Part shown: in pieces, positions 1 through 14,072 of the stretch
How the letters are laid out: the number at the start of each line of letters is the position of its first letter
Numbering within the stretch: the stretch's first letter is position 1
Assembly: GCA_030704615.1 (NCBI GenBank)
Contig: CM060733.1
Span: 54,436,001-54,500,000, forward strand
Direction: 5' to 3'
DNA: 64,000 nt
Source: Takakia lepidozioides
Lineage: Eukaryota > Plantae > Bryophyta
Made by a program: the position numbers and the translations under genes
Notes under the pieces: generated by a model
The model's database searches: none
Told to the model about the DNA's origin: nothing
Seen by the model: the letters and a program-made list of their open reading frames with translations, nothing else

Positions 1-87
1 GCAACAAAAACAATTCAGCTAATCTCCTGAATCACAACATAAGACAAAAGAGAGAAAGACAAAGGAGAAGCTTTATAATAGACCCAC

Positions 88-861
88 GCCTGGTATTGGT
101 CTTTCCATTGCTGCAGCACACCAAGACAAGCTTCAGTCTCCTCCTCACTGCACAACCCCAGAAACTAACAAAACGTTAGAACGGAGAATGCTGTCCTTTA
201 TTTTTCATCCTCTTCCTGTCCTCTTTCCTCCTGTCTCGAGGATGCACTGGGCGCGTCAAACACACCTACAGTCCCAACGCCCCTCCCTATCGAGAACTCT
301 ATATTGAAGGTCAGCTCTTGTTCCGTCAACTTTGCATCTTCACGCTCACAACACAACTGCAAATCTTGATCATTGACTCAATCACAGAGTCGTCCAATAA
401 AATGCTGTAGTCAATTTGCTGACCTTCCACATCCATCCCCCTCCTCTTAGGAGCACAGGTGAGACAAAACCTAATACACCTGATCCGACCTCAAATCAAA
501 CAAACAACACACCATCATGGTAAATGTCAAACGAAGTTCTGTGATGGCTATTCGCTATACAAAATCCAGTGCCACAAGGAATTGGTCTTCGATCTCACGA
601 AAACCTGAGAAGGAAAACATGGCACACACACCTGGGTTGTTGCTGGGCAATGAGTTCGAGACGCAGCATGACGGACCGCAACGTAGACAGGCGGTCCTGC
701 ACCAATGCATTCATGCGCGGGAGCGCCGCCGCATCCCTTGCCCCACTTATCGAACCACACGATCCAACAGCTTCTACCTGCTTGCGCGCCTCCTCGTTGA
801 CATCTGCCCACAACCTTTTCAATTGCTCCGCTGCTTCTGTCATATCATCTTCCATTGCCAT
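88..861 (-). CDS. SEC20: SEC20-family ER t-SNARE, first two exons (861-632, 147-88); gene continues off the left edge
   Basis: Spliced translation MAMEDDMTEAAEQLKRLWADVNEEARKQ...LPRMNALVQDRLSTLRSVMLRLELIAQQQPS/EEETEACLGVLQQWKDQYQA resembles the plant Sec20 N-terminus; canonical GT/AG sites keep the frame. Confidence 0.8.
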
Positions 862-1045
862 TGCTGCAGGATGAGACGTACACACACGTTTGAATCTGAG
901 CTCAAGAGTGTTCGATCTCACCCACATCCAGCAAAATGCCCCAATTCAACTCATCTCGATCACACACACTCGCACACACACAAATTGCATTTCAATCTGT
1001 GTTAAGGATCGTTCCCAACACAGACGAGTAAGACCTCTTCAATCC

Positions 1046-1087
1046 GAGAGAGAGAGAGAGAGAGAGAGAGAGGGGGAGAGAGAGAGA
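1046..1087. repeat. (GA)n microsatellite upstream of SEC20
   Basis: Directly visible GA run with one GGGG interruption. Confidence 0.95.
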
Positions 1088-1117
1088 TCTGTTCGCAGCC
1101 TCCAAAATCAGCCTTTC

Positions 1118-1240
1118 CCTTTTTTCTTTTTTCTTGGCATTACAGGGGCAGAGCCCGAAGGCAGAGCGACAGATGACAGAGGTTTGAACCCCAGACCCAC
1201 AGGCCAATGCACGGGTGTCTTACCACCGGGCCACAACCCT
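1118..1240 (-). mobile_element. tRNA-derived SINE-like element
   Basis: Minus strand: A-box TGGCCCGGTGG (1233-1223) and B-box GGTTCAAACC (1190-1181) at tRNA-like spacing, followed by an A-rich tail AAGAAAAAAGAAAAAAG. No intact cloverleaf; TSD not clear. Confidence 0.55.
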
Positions 1241-2035
1241 GTTGTGTGCGTTTTGTTTTTCCCGTTAAAAGAGGCCCTGCTGTACATGAGTTGTGGAGAA
1301 AATAAATCCAACAGCTTTACTCTGTGGAGCTTTTGTGGGGGTTTATCATATCATCCCAAACATTAGGGCACAGGGTATAGGGTTTCACTGAATTGAATAC
1401 TCTGAAGGATGTAGTGATTGATGATAAACCCTTGCAGATTACCTTTTGGTTTCATTGTTAGACCGTAAACATGGAAGATCTCTATATCCTGGTGAGACAA
1501 TGTTGAATTGCACACAAGGATACTTGTTTAGATAGACTTAACACATGCAAATCTACAGAATGTGCTATCTTCTCGTGTGACCCACTCTTCTTTCTGAATG
1601 CCTACAGTTTCGATCCACTCTGGTTGCAAGATGCATTTCCACTGATGGCGATCCACCATAGTTGGTGCCTTGCAGTTTTTCCCTGAAGCATTCTCATCCA
1701 CTCAACAAGCTTTACTATAGCATCTCCCCAATCTGCTTCATTGAGTTTACCTACATTCATACATCATCATGCTCAAGTTAAGCAAAACTCCTGTACACAA
1801 GCTTCTGCAAAGCACAGCCGAATATGTAGAACACCACACAGATAATGTAGGTAGTTCCACTAACTTCCAGATCTGGACTCCCTCATATGTCGTATCTGTC
1901 AAACTTGCCTGGATCAGACTCGATCCAGCTGCTGTGCAAGGGGTCAAACAATGTCTTCTCTGAGCAATGAATGACAGTGACATAATGGACCATATGAACA
2001 GGCTCATCAAAGCCATTTCAACTTGTACTCCAGAA

Positions 2036-5000
2036 CTAGTCAGCAGATGGAACTACGGTGGCTTTGATTTCCATCTCGTTGACTAACGGCGATGCTGTTG
2101 CATTTTCTGAGTGCACGGTAATTTCTTGAATGGCGGCGTCAGGGGTCAGTTTCTTTTCCTTCCCTTCAGCAACTCGTCGACCGAGCAAACCAGCTATCCG
2201 GGGATGTGAGATCAATGTTACAACCAATCTTTGCGTAAATTCCATAGCTTGCCGGGTAGTTTGTGCTGCACTTACTACCGCTGGCCTAACCACCCCAACT
2301 GGTATGCTGGCCCGCTCTTGGAGCATTGCTGTAGATCCAGGAGCTGGATCAGTACCTTATAAAATCCACGTCAATCTTCTCTCTTCACGGAAAAGGACAT
2401 AGGCAATTAGCTTCAAGGTTTTGACACCAAAAACTTGGCTGCCCTCAGTGACACAAGAAATCTACACCTTTTGTAAACACCTAGTAGAACAGAAGACTCA
2501 GGAGAACTTGATGGAAACAAGCATTGCAAAACAGGGCTATTGAATCAAGCCAAAGAATTGAATGACATGCTCAAGCAATCGATTTCGTTACACAGACAAA
2601 CAGATCAGATCCCAGCACACAACCCCACTCAGCACTCACAGGAGCATTGCTACACACATGCACAACTTCTCCTGGGAAGGAAGAAACGCACTGATTGTCT
2701 GAGTTGCAGCCAACGCGCCCATGCGTCTAATTCCAACCTCAGCTGCTTGCACTGCTCTAGCAGAGCTCCGTACCCCATCTGAGATTTCTTGGCTGCCATT
2801 GCCACAAACTTTCAGAGGAAGTCATAACTATCCAGGTGCTTTCAAGCCATACATGAGTAATGGGCATTTGAAGCCTACTTGCAACCCTAACCATTCAACA
2901 CAAAGCAACCTTATATATACGAGGGCCCCAAGGGGGGGGGGGGGGATTTAATATCCCTATTCCACTGAACCAACCATCCAGTATTTCTTTTGTCAGAAGT
3001 ACTATCAACCAGTATTAATAACTGTTTGTACATGCTGCCTCCCCACTGAAGGATAGAGCTCATTCAGTCCATGTCTACTGTATACAATTGGGAGGGCCAT
3101 CATTGTTCCCATGCTCAAGGCCCACTCACCCTAGCTTGCACCGTGTCAAATACTTATCTTAGATGCTTTTCATAAGTCCCAACTATAAGAAACCATTGAA
3201 ATGTTTTACTCGAACCGATGGCGGTCAGGCTCCTTGAGTATTATGGTATCACCTGAACAGAGGCTTTTTAGAAAGGCCCACAACCTTGATTGTCACTTTA
3301 AGGACTATGTGGCCTTCTATTGCATATGCAAATTACATACATAAGGGTAGCTTCAACCCAAACTTCGCTAACCTCAGATCATTGAGTTCCAGAGTGAGGT
3401 CACTGATCTCCATTCCTGAGAGCCGGATGGCAGCCATGGTGCTGGGCAACTCTTCACGAGCCACGTCCGCCAATTTCTCCATGGAATTAGCAGCTCTCCT
3501 CATCGCCTGCACAATAAACCCCACCTTGATTTCAAACTTTGTCTACTGTAAAATCAATACCCACCTGAGACACCTGCTTGATTACTACATAGCCATATTC
3601 GTAAGAAGAGTATGGAGAGTCTGGTCATGGAATCGAATCCTGATATCCAAATCAAATTATGATATATGGACAAAATAAATTGTGATATAATTAACTCCAC
3701 CCAATCATCAGTCATGAACTTACGCTCGAGTAAAACATGGCAGACACACAACAAGCATGACAAAGCCCCACAGAAACCCTGATCTGTTGCTAGGTGCATC
3801 TATTAATTCTTTGGCTTTCAAAAGTGGGGTACCACACAAATGAGATTGAGAGAGTTTATATTGTATGAACTTGCCAATTTCTGGTACGGTCTGTTCCAAA
3901 GGACAAGAGTGCTGATTACGTGGGGACCAGAACCTGTGGGATAGCACATACAAGGCACAGTCGGATTTAGATCTACTTACATTTAGTGTTGGAATGGCCG
4001 TCAAGAGCAGGGCAGAGAAAACGCCCGTTATCTGCACACCACAAACTAGTCAACCAAAGCTTCAACTGATCTTTACATATAAGCTCAAACATGGAGCAGT
4101 TACCATTTACAAGCATCCACTTCAATGCTCCTGGAACAGGAGTCAGTAAAATGCTGCCTGGTGCCAACTCCAGGTCAACATCTCTCTTAATATTGGTTTT
4201 CTATCACAGGCACCTGAAGACTCACTTAGTGTTCATTGCAGTAGGAGTAACATTCCACTGCTCCACTTCTTGCTATCCCCAGGCCCCCTCAGGGAGAGTT
4301 TCATTTATACGCATTCACACTGAACCCGCCAGCTAAATGATGGGTTAGGAGCGTCTCCACTGGCAAAACCAACACCAGTAGCCCATAATTACCTGGCTGG
4401 CTATGTTGATGCCCCCCATCATTTGAACTTAGGACGGCAGATCAGCACCTCAGGCAGGGGGGCATCAAATGGAAATGCCCCAGCTGCACCTTTTAGATTT
4501 GGTTCAGTGCTTTTTCCCGTGCTTCAAACACTGGGACACTTAACTAATGCCAATAGACACACAATAACCAATCATTTACGAAAGGAGTTGTTTCACACCC
4601 TTATCAGACTGTCAGAAGTATGGAGTGAAATTTAGGTCCCTCCTCGTTGCTGCCCAGGAGCAAGATATGCTAAACCTATATAGGTAAGAGCAATGACATT
4701 TCTCTATTGAAGCAAGTCTCTCAGGTCATAGCTGATACGACTGACAGGAATTTGAGCATGACTCTCAGATCAGCACTTCAAGACCGAAGTGCTGATACAG
4801 ACTGAGGAAGGCAACACGAACAATCGTTGGACCTGCTTGGAACCATCTGAAAGATGTCAAGACTTTAAGAGTTTCACCAGATTTCACTAGGATTGGAACG
4901 TGAACCAACTAAGTGAAGCAAGTCATAGCAAGGGCGAACTGGTACCAGGCAAGCAATAAACCCCAGAAGAAGGAATGCTTGATCAACCGGTGCCATCTGA

Positions 5001-5482
5001 TACAGCCGAAGGCGGGTTGGGAGAGCCGGCGGTAAGGCCATGGAAGATGAACATTCAAATGCAGCCGATCCTTTTCCGCCATCCTCGCTAGATTTAACAT
5101 CGGGTTGGCTGATTACCCCTGATGGTATTGCATCATCGCTTGTCTTTTGTGTGCTTGTTGTTGAATCTTTCATAAAGAGATACTGCGCTCTCAAATTTTC
5201 GGCCCTAAAGAAGGTAAAGGTTGATGGCCCGCTGCTTGCTCTTCCATGGAGTAATTTGCCGGGGAACCGTAACCCTATGCAACTGTCTCTCCCGACAAAG
5301 ACACTCTTTCTTAACACAAACGGAGAGCTGCAAGTTGCAAGCAGACGATGGCATGTTACAGATTGACAGTCATTAATAACTAAAAACCGGGTTGAGCTCA
5401 AATAAGGACCTAAACTGATACTTGTGAGCTTACAAGGGAGGGACGGAGGAGAGAGGGAAGGCAGCAGTTGATGTCGAAGCAT
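2036..5482 (-). CDS. At1g08530-like putative plastid membrane protein; exons 5482-4946, 4031-3981, 3506-3373, 2792-2692, 2328-2036
   Basis: Five exons splice in frame at GT-AG. Ser/Pro-rich transit-peptide-like N-terminus, hydrophobic segment (AFLLLGFIACLITGVFSALLLTAIPTL), conserved REELPSTMAAIRLSGMEISDLTLELNDLSQEISDGVRSSARAVQAAE block. Confidence 0.85.
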
Positions 5483-6665
5483 GGCGCAGATCAAAGGAGG
5501 AAACCTTTCGCTCACTAAAGTCTCCTGAAACTAGGTCTGGTAATCGTTTGATTCCAAGTATATTAAGAACAATTACGCTCTGCCGATCCGATGACCATAT
5601 ATGATACTCCGACCAGATCTAAGCGTTCCAAACTCTGTACATGAAACAAACAGCACCGGTAACCAAAATCCTCTCTTAAATGCGCGGATTGTTTCATTGA
5701 GCTTCAAAACAGATTACTCCTCTCTCTAGGTTACAAGGTCTAACATCATCTCCACATCCCCCAGCGCTCAAGAACCGGTCTATTATGCCTGCAGCTCCTC
5801 ATAATCGTGCAATAAACGACCAAGCAGCACCACTTGAAACTCCTCCAACAATCCACATATCATCCTTCAATCGTCCAAATGGACCAATTCCGCCAGCATA
5901 TACAAGATCGAAAACGCTCACAACTTTGTCCTCTGCACCATTGTCACTATTCTCCACTGATCCACCCCTACTGTTCCAAACTAGTCTTCACATCCACAGC
6001 CAATTTCCACTCTGCCAAACTATCAAACTCGCTCTTACACAACCTGGAAATTTAAAGCAAACAGACCACACACGGACATCCCTCCAGAATACTTCGCAAC
6101 ACCTCCTCCCTTCAGAAAGCGCTCGAGTATGCCGACCACCATCGCCACACGAGGCAGAGAAAGTGGAAGTATCGTGGCACCCTTCACGCCCGTCAGATCT
6201 TCATCCCACGGCCCTGGATCGCACCTGAGCCCAGGGAGAACCTCCAAATTTGGGGTAAGAAGTAAATGGCTCCTTTATACTAGAGGAGGCTGGCCCAACG
6301 CGCAAACGATATGGGATATATGCCAAGTAAGAAAATACCGAAAATAGCAGCCTAGAGTATATCGAGGTGACTCGGATGGCAGCGTTCAATGGTCCATTTA
6401 TTTGGTCATCAATCAGGACCGGCCACTTGGACAACTGCTGACCTGGTGTCTGCTCCCGCCTTTTCGGATTACCTACACGCGTGCACTTTTGTGTGATACC
6501 GTCAGGGTAACCCGAGTTAACAATGACCGGTTTCTGCCGGTCGGTGCTGTATGGTGACCGCCTCGGGGTGACCTTCCGCCGAAAACGGGATTGGTTAGCG
6601 TAGCGTCCTATGGTTGGTTAGGCGGTATCGACGCTGGTCTGAATGGTCTGAATGGTCCGCAAGCT

Positions 6666-9600
6666 ATGGCGTCCCCGCACTACTGTCTGTCTAGCATCGC
6701 TGCGGCTTCGTCTCTCGCTCCGCTCAAGGTGGTGGTGAGGGCCTGTCACCCGCGCTCATTGCACGGGACGTCTTGTGCTGCATTGATATCTGGATTTCCT
6801 GGAAGGCGACGGGCACTGTCATTGCCTGCTGTTGTTGTCCAGTCTAAGGCGAAGCGGAGCCTCACGGTGCAAGCGGCGCGGATGGAGTCGAAAACCGTGG
6901 CGTTTACCCGAGCTCCCGATTTCGAGGTTCTTGAGATTTGTTTTTAGCTTATTGTATCCATTGTGATCATTCATGGTCCCTCGATTGTGAGGGAATTGGT
7001 TATTTTCCGTCGCTAGTGGCCTTCAAGATAAATGTGTCTCAAAGAATCAAAAACATCCAGATTGTGGTTTCTGGACTTCCTCTTGAGTGACTTCACTTGA
7101 CGGTTTGAGCAAAATCGCAAGAAAAGACTATGACGCGCTCCATGTACGTGGAACTTGTGTATTATTTAGAGGTGAATTATGGTTTTAATGCTGTTCAAGC
7201 AATGTGTGAAAGGCTTCCCACAGCTTTCATGCTGGCCACTCACAGAACGTGGTCAGTTGGTGTGGCTAATTTCTCAATCGCAAATTACCGATGTATAACA
7301 TTGCTTTCTATTATAGAATAGCGGTAGTTAAGAGATGATTACAATGTTGAAAGTCTTGAACGAATCGAAGACATAAGTCACGTGAACCATGGTGCTTGTC
7401 TGGCAAGGTTTGAATCTGGATGCGTCTGTAGGTTCTGCATCGTTGAGTCCGTGTAGATCACTTTACACTTCGTCCACTACAAGGCACCATAGTACAAGAG
7501 CGGCATCGTTTCAGTGTGATTTTAATATTCCTTCTGTCCAAACTGAGCCTTTTCGGGCATTAGAACCCAAAGAAGTGGTTGCTTTGGATGCTTTCAAATG
7601 TCTGCACAGAGTCTCTCACCTATATCTGGTTATGTTCTTGTAAGACGAGAGGTTGTTACAACTTCTTGCTATTGTTTCGTTTGTTGGGCTGACAAGTGAT
7701 TGTACCATCCATCAATTGGACCACTTTCCAGAGTTTTATGCTACCCTCATTCGTTTGCATTGATTTGGATCTTGAAAGAGCAATTGTGTTTTCAATCTCC
7801 TTTAGTAGTGAGTGGTGTAATATCATGATTCTAGTCGTTGGTAGTCCTCATCTACGCCAAGTGTAATGCTGATGCAGCTGCCAGAGCCTTTGACAGGCAA
7901 GACATGGACACTCGACGATTTTGAAGGATATCCAGCTTTGCTGGTATGTTAATACTCTCCCTTTTCATTCATTCATCATAGCAGCACGAGTTTCACATTG
8001 ATTTGGAAATACTTCAGCAAAGCTGAGAGTTACATGTACATGGTGTGTTTCTAGGACTTCTGATGTTAGTGTTGATGATGATGAAGCTATAAAACTTAAC
8101 AGAAAGTTTTCAAAGCAAGAGAGAAGCAAATCAAACTGCCTTTTACCCCCTGTTTTTCTTGGAGATTGAGTGGATGAAATAATAGTAACTTTTTGAACTC
8201 TTGTAGGTTATGTTCATCTGCAACCACTGCCCCTTCGTGGTGCATTTGAAGGCTGATATTGTGAAGCTTGCCAACAACTACATCCCGGTATCTCCCTTGT
8301 TGTGCTTTTGTTTCAACAGAGCAATGCTGGAAAACTTGTCCAAGTCCTATTTAAGCTTGGGGCAAATGTTGTTGAGTCATGTTGCTCACTTAACAGGCGT
8401 CTCTTACCGTCCGGCATTCGGCATGCATGTCAACTAGGGTAGTTTCCGGAAATGTACCTGTGGCAATGCACCAATGTCAGCACAGATCCACTCCTTCATC
8501 GGAGCTCCTATACTGACCCACACATTGAGAGCACAAGTGAAGGTGACCTATTACCTCTGGTTTCATTTGCTCTCAGCACCCGTGCAACGAGGATACCCTG
8601 TGATCATGGCAGTACTTTTGACCACAATTCGCTGAAGGCCACTGTCAATGTCTTCATGCTCATCCTTAATGTTGTGCAGTCTCTTCTCTTTGAGTATCAT
8701 AAAACTCCTCATACTTCAACATAAGATCATAAAACTGCACTGGACAAACACTGGCAATTCTGTCTGTTTGAGTTGGATCCTTTGATTCAAACATCCAGTG
8801 TATCCTTGGCATGGGGCTATATAGTGTATCTGCATTATGTCTCTCGGCAGATTTCTAAGCATGGCAGATAGCTCCTGCTTTATTCCCCAAGGATTGATCC
8901 GACTCCAAATTTGAAGGGTACAGACATGACAGTTTGACTTAAAGGAAGGTTCTTCTTTTCTTTTGCGTGATGGTTATTTGAGGTCAGAAGTGGTGCAACA
9001 AAGCAATGCAAGTGTTCTAGCTCTTGAGGAGAAGCTTCCTGATACTGCAGTTCTGACAGTAAACACAGAGGTCAAATGAACTTTCCATATATGTTGAGGT
9101 GTGCAGAAAGGGCTGGCTGTGGTGGCTATCTCCTCAAACTCTGTTGAGACGCATCCAGAGGTAATGCTTTGCAATCCTGAAGACCTGCACAAACACCTCT
9201 GGGCTCTTTCCTGAAGTGCTTAGCAGGCTATCTGTTTGAGGTGCTTTGACTTCATGAAGTGTTTGGCGATTCATCTGTTCTCTGGTTTCTATGGTTCTAC
9301 TCTACTATTCTCCTGTGGATCTACCTTCTGCAGATGCAGTAAAATGCTGTCTTCTTTCTTTCTTCCTTCCTCCCTTTTTCCACACACTGTGCAAGCACCA
9401 GGTTGATGGCAACATTATACACGTTACATCCCAATCACTGACATAAATCGAGATAGAGAGACTTGATTGGTTATGACACAGCCAAGGAATGTCATGGGAT
9501 GCAGGATGGGCCCGCACCAATGGCTGAAGAGGCAAAGGAATATGGTTATCCATTCCCCTACTTGTATGATGAGGTGAAGTGCAAGTCCTCTTTCACATCA

Positions 9601-11735
9601 TGATAAGTCAATCTCTGACATGATCTTCCTGGCTTTGAACTCTATTATTTGAATGAGACATGCATATACTGCTGCAGCTTTATCTGAAAATGGAACTTCT
9701 TTGTGTTCTTTTGTTGAGGTAAGAATCACCCACTCACCGTAACATGCCTGTGCTAAAACCATGGCTTTTGTTTTCTGATTTGCAGACACAGGCAGTTGCT
9801 AAAGCGTATGGAGCAGTGTGCACCCCTGATTTTTATCTGTTCAAGAAGGTAAAGTCCCTGTGTGCCAAATATGGAGATCCTGGAGACCTGCTGTGTTTGG
9901 TAGTAGGTGATCCACGACCCCAGGGGATTGATTTAGGCTATTTTGCAAGTGTCACCTATAATTTGGGTAAGACCTGCAGATTATCTTGTGTGTTTGATCA
10001 TCCAGCATTTGGGATTTGACTTGTTCTTTGGTTCGTGTTCTTTTTATGGTGTTCAGTGCGCCCTCTGGGCCTCCCTCCCTCCTCCCTCTTTTGATTGTTC
10101 TCGTCTGTTCTGTCCCTTGAGTCATGTGGGCCCCTGTGGATCTACTTAATTTCTTTCTTTCTTCTCTCTCTTCTCTCTCTCTCTTGTCTAACTTCATGTT
10201 CCTGAAACAGGATGGAAGAAGGCCATTCGAGCTAGTGTACCATGGTCGCTTTGATGAGTCTCGACCAAGGAGCAACATGCCCGTCACTGGAAGGTACATT
10301 CTACTGTGTCTGTCTTATTTCTGATCTCTTTATAATTCACGGATTCCCGCTCAAACTGGGCGCGGGGTCAATGGCCACAAGGCTACGGCAAACAACGTCT
10401 TATGATTACAATCTGTATAATTCACGGAGTAAGATACTTCAAACTCAAGCAACAGCACTGCTGTGATGACGAGCTCACACAGTGGTGCTTGTTCAGAGAA
10501 CCAAGGGCAGCTTGTTTGTAGGAGGTTTTCTTACCTGTCCTGTGGTTGTCCTCCCCATTGTAGACAGTAAACAAAGATTTATTCTGAGAGGGATACAAGC
10601 AGCAGGTCAAAGTCAAGTTTTTGTCGGCAATGAAGCTAAATGACTAACGTGGGCTGGATACTGCAATGTCTGGACACTTGCGACTGTTGATCTGCTTTCA
10701 CTGAGTTGCTTTCATCTAGGAACGGAGGAGCTTTTTGTGGGTGAATGTATCAGAAGCTATTTACAGTTTCATTATGGTCTTGACGTAGTCATAGTTTAGG
10801 TGTAAACTTGTAATAGATGGCATTGGGTTTGTCTCAGGGATTTGAGAGAAGCATTGGACTGCACACTCTCAGGAAGACCTGTCAGTACTTCGCAAAAGCC
10901 TAGGTAAGCTATTTTCCTATATCCTGCAACAGAAGGCAAGTAACTTTAAGGCCTCTGATAGCCGAAAATACCCCAAACAGCTCCTCGAATGAGTGCACTG
11001 GAGAAAAGAAGAAAGAGAGACTTCATATTGTCCATGGAGGCCCCAAGGGCCTAAGGAGCAGTAGAGCAAACTATAGACTACAGAGTACATCAAGTATTGC
11101 CCAAAACAAAGTGCCTCGAGCAGTTTAGCCGTGAAGCCCTCGCGATCTTAAAAGCTGTAGCCCTCTGCTAAAGATTGGACATATCAACAGTATCTCCCTC
11201 TGAGGCAGACAGGATTAAGAAGCGGTTTTCTGTTTCCACTTAGCAACCAGGCAGAAAGCAACCCCACTTGGAGAACTGGAGCCAAACCTTTAAAAACAAC
11301 TTATAGAGGTGAATACCAAGGTAGTCGAGTAGTAGCAGCTAGCTATACAGTAAGTAGTACTAATTATAAGCAATTTTCTAATACTATAACTATCTGATAC
11401 CTCTGATCAAATATCCAGTCATTGTACTTCAGAGTTCAGAAATAAATTTGGAACTTGATGAAGTTCCATAGGTGGAGAGGCTGGATACAGGGAGTCTCAG
11501 GTTTTGGTCCATTGGAAAGAGGAAGATAATTTAGCCCCTTGCTTTTTGTTTTTAGACAAGTCCCCCATTTTAAGCCTGTGAGAGCCAACTCAGAAGCCAC
11601 CAAGGGCCCACGTGTAGAAAACTTGCAGTACTTGTCGAGGCGGGGCCTAATGAAATTGTGCGGTTGTCATTGTTTCACATGTGTGTTTACAGCATTGGAT
11701 GCAGCATCAAGTGGGCGCATGGAACCAACAACTGA
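6666..11735 (+). CDS. Thioredoxin-fold AhpC/TSA/redoxin-like protein (At1g21350-like, plastid-targeted); exons 6666-6926, 7878-7943, 8207-8287, 9107-9160, 9505-9573, 9786-9848, 10211-10293, 10838-10903, 11693-11735
   Basis: Nine exons in frame at GT-AG. Motifs APDFELPEP, VMFICNHCPFV (CxxC), VAISSN, YPFPYLYDETQAVAKAYGAVCTPDF, YHGRFDESRP and the terminal PSIGCSIKW. Confidence 0.93.
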
Positions 11736-13552
11736 TGGCATAACCTGGCGACATTTGCTGCAACTTAGAACATCTGCCTAACAAAGATCTTATGATTGCC
11801 TGACACGCACTTCTTTGTCTATGTAGCTATTGGAGTATGCATCACTGCAACATTCTTCTCATGTAGGTACATGCTACCTGTTGAAGATATCAGACCATGG
11901 ACGCTCTGTACTATCATATTCTCTTGTGTGGGGGAGGCTCAAGACTCTATCGCACGGGCTCCACAACCTTCATTTTGCATTGATATCCATTTCTCCTGCA
12001 AGTACAGTTGAATTCTTGAAGGGTGTGTCGTCTGAATCTTTGTGTGTGTTAAGTTGCATGTTAGAACGGTCTTTCTATTTTTGTATCACTATCTTCTTTC
12101 ACAATGATGTGTCTAGGGTGAAGTAAACTACTGCGGTTTGTTTACGAATTGGCGGGGGGGTTCATATTCCAAAATGGAAAACCCAGTAAATTGGATACCC
12201 GGTGATTTGCAACCAGTAAGGTCCAGTCCCTCAAGCACAGTGAGCCCTGACTACACCAGGTTACCAAGCGATCACACTGTATGGGCTGATGAACATCTAG
12301 GGAATGCAAAAGAGCCATACATTGGAAGATTCTAAAGCCTAGGACAATATTCCATAGCCTCAGACATGCAATGTATGGGGGTTTTATTCCTCATAAACCA
12401 CAGGCCCGGGGCATCCTATGGGAACGTAGGGGAACATTTGGTGACCTGCAAGTGAGCCTTGGACGGGACCTGGGTATTTCAGGAATCTTTCTAGACTAGG
12501 ATAGATTCCTAGACTGATTCTATATCCTAGGCTGGGGCCTAGGGTCCAGGGCTATCTGTCGTACATATGAATATATGGTTAGCATCCAAATACGTATAAA
12601 TAAAGTATTGTTTCGAGTACCGAGCGGGCTGCTGCCAGAATTCGAAAAGACTAGGGGCGAGCTTGGAGTGCATCCATGAAGAATGTTGCGGTAAGGGATT
12701 GCCTGAAGCCCGCCTTCGTTTAAATTCATAACGAATTCTTGCATGATTCTTTCTCAAGAATTCCACAACACAATGTTAGAGAGGCAATTGTCGGCTTTCG
12801 TCAAACTTTCCTATGTGCACTTGAGCTTTACAATAGCTGAGTTGAGCTCTATCCATGGAGTAGGCAATCTTAGTGGGCCAAGGTGCAGCATGGTGATCCT
12901 TTTCCTGATTTGACCAAGGAGCTTGTGTAAGCCAATAGCTACAATGTTGACCTCGTTTTCCACATGAAGGATGCCGCCATACGACTGAATTGGAGTATGG
13001 AATTGTAACCGTTGGCACAATCAATGAAACAAGGGATTGGGACTAAGATCAAGAGTACTTCCTCCTTCCACATTATAGTACATGAAATATCACAGGCGGC
13101 CCTACTTTGACGTTGGATGGGTTGACTTGTGTGAGATAGACCCCTTAAGACACCTCGGTAGAAATTGCAAGACACGAATTCTTCTTAGATAAAGTGCACT
13201 ACAGCCATATAAATGGGCAGCCCTTTCCAGGTTGATAGCTGAAGCCTGCAACATGCAGCCCCATGTAGCCCCAGGAGACTCTTGATTGATGTTGTTGCTA
13301 TGACAATTTAATTGAAATTTCATGGCTGACGATCTTGAGATGCTAGATGCTTCAAGATGTGCAATATTGGCCAAAAAAACCTTATGTGTAAAGAACATTC
13401 CAAAGTCTTAGAAGTAAAGGTTTTGTGGGACCAAAATTTTAAATAAACTTTGGCTAAACAACAAACTTTGACTTGACTGGTAGTTGGTCCATAACATAGA
13501 AAAATGACATTAGACTTTTGGATTTGTTCCTTTCTCATTAAACGCATAATAT

Positions 13553-13734
13553 CGAACCGACGGTCCATCGTAGCATCATGAACTATTTGACGATCAACCA
13601 TTCATTTGAAAAATCACTTAAAGACTACATGGTTGATTGCAAGGATGATCCCAGTGCAATGGATAAGGCATGGGAGAAACTTTTCACAATTCATCTAGCC
13701 AAGCTGTTTGACGCCACAAAATTGTTGGCCGATA
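13553..13734 (+). pseudogene. Duplicated C-terminal fragment of the Crinkler-type NTPase gene
   Basis: Close copy of 15248-15412 (EPTVHRSIMNYLTINHSFEKSLKDYMVDCKDD...). Confidence 0.8.
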
Positions 13735-14072
13735 TGTGCTGTTTCAAGGATGCAACCTTGCCTCCAACCCTGCATCCGGAGGACAGGTAACGGAACACTT
13801 TACGCGTCCGGCAAAGGGGAACCTTTGCCACATATGCAATGATCATTCTAAGATGGAATGTGAACAAAATAGGGTAAAAATGAAAAGTTACCTAATGAAG
13901 TGCCAATCAGCAACGTGAATTTTGTGCAAGAGACTCCATTCAAGAAACAAGAACAAGAAACTAAGAAGATTATATACGGAAGAATAGGTGTTATCCCGGA
14001 TACAGGGTTGGAGGGATGCAGGGTCCACCGGATGCAGGGTTAGAAGCAGGGCTGCATCCTTGAAACAGCACA
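13735..14072. mobile_element. MITE-like element with ~50-bp terminal inverted repeats
   Basis: Left TGTGCTGTTTCAAGGATGCAACCTTGCCTCCAACCCTGCATCCGGAGGAC matches the reverse complement of 14023-14072 with few mismatches; no coding capacity; no TSD seen. Confidence 0.75.

Noticed and set aside
1170-1240. Functional tRNA gene
   Set aside because: A and B boxes are present, but the acceptor and anticodon arms do not pair properly; a SINE head fits better.
4406-4468. 12-bp inverted repeat in an intron as a MITE or miRNA
   Set aside because: Too short, with no TSD and no extended stem.
12520-13500. Decayed RT or En/Spm-associated ORF (FIDCANGYNSI; FEFWQQP)
   Set aside because: Only isolated motif-like words in different frames; cannot be supported without a search.
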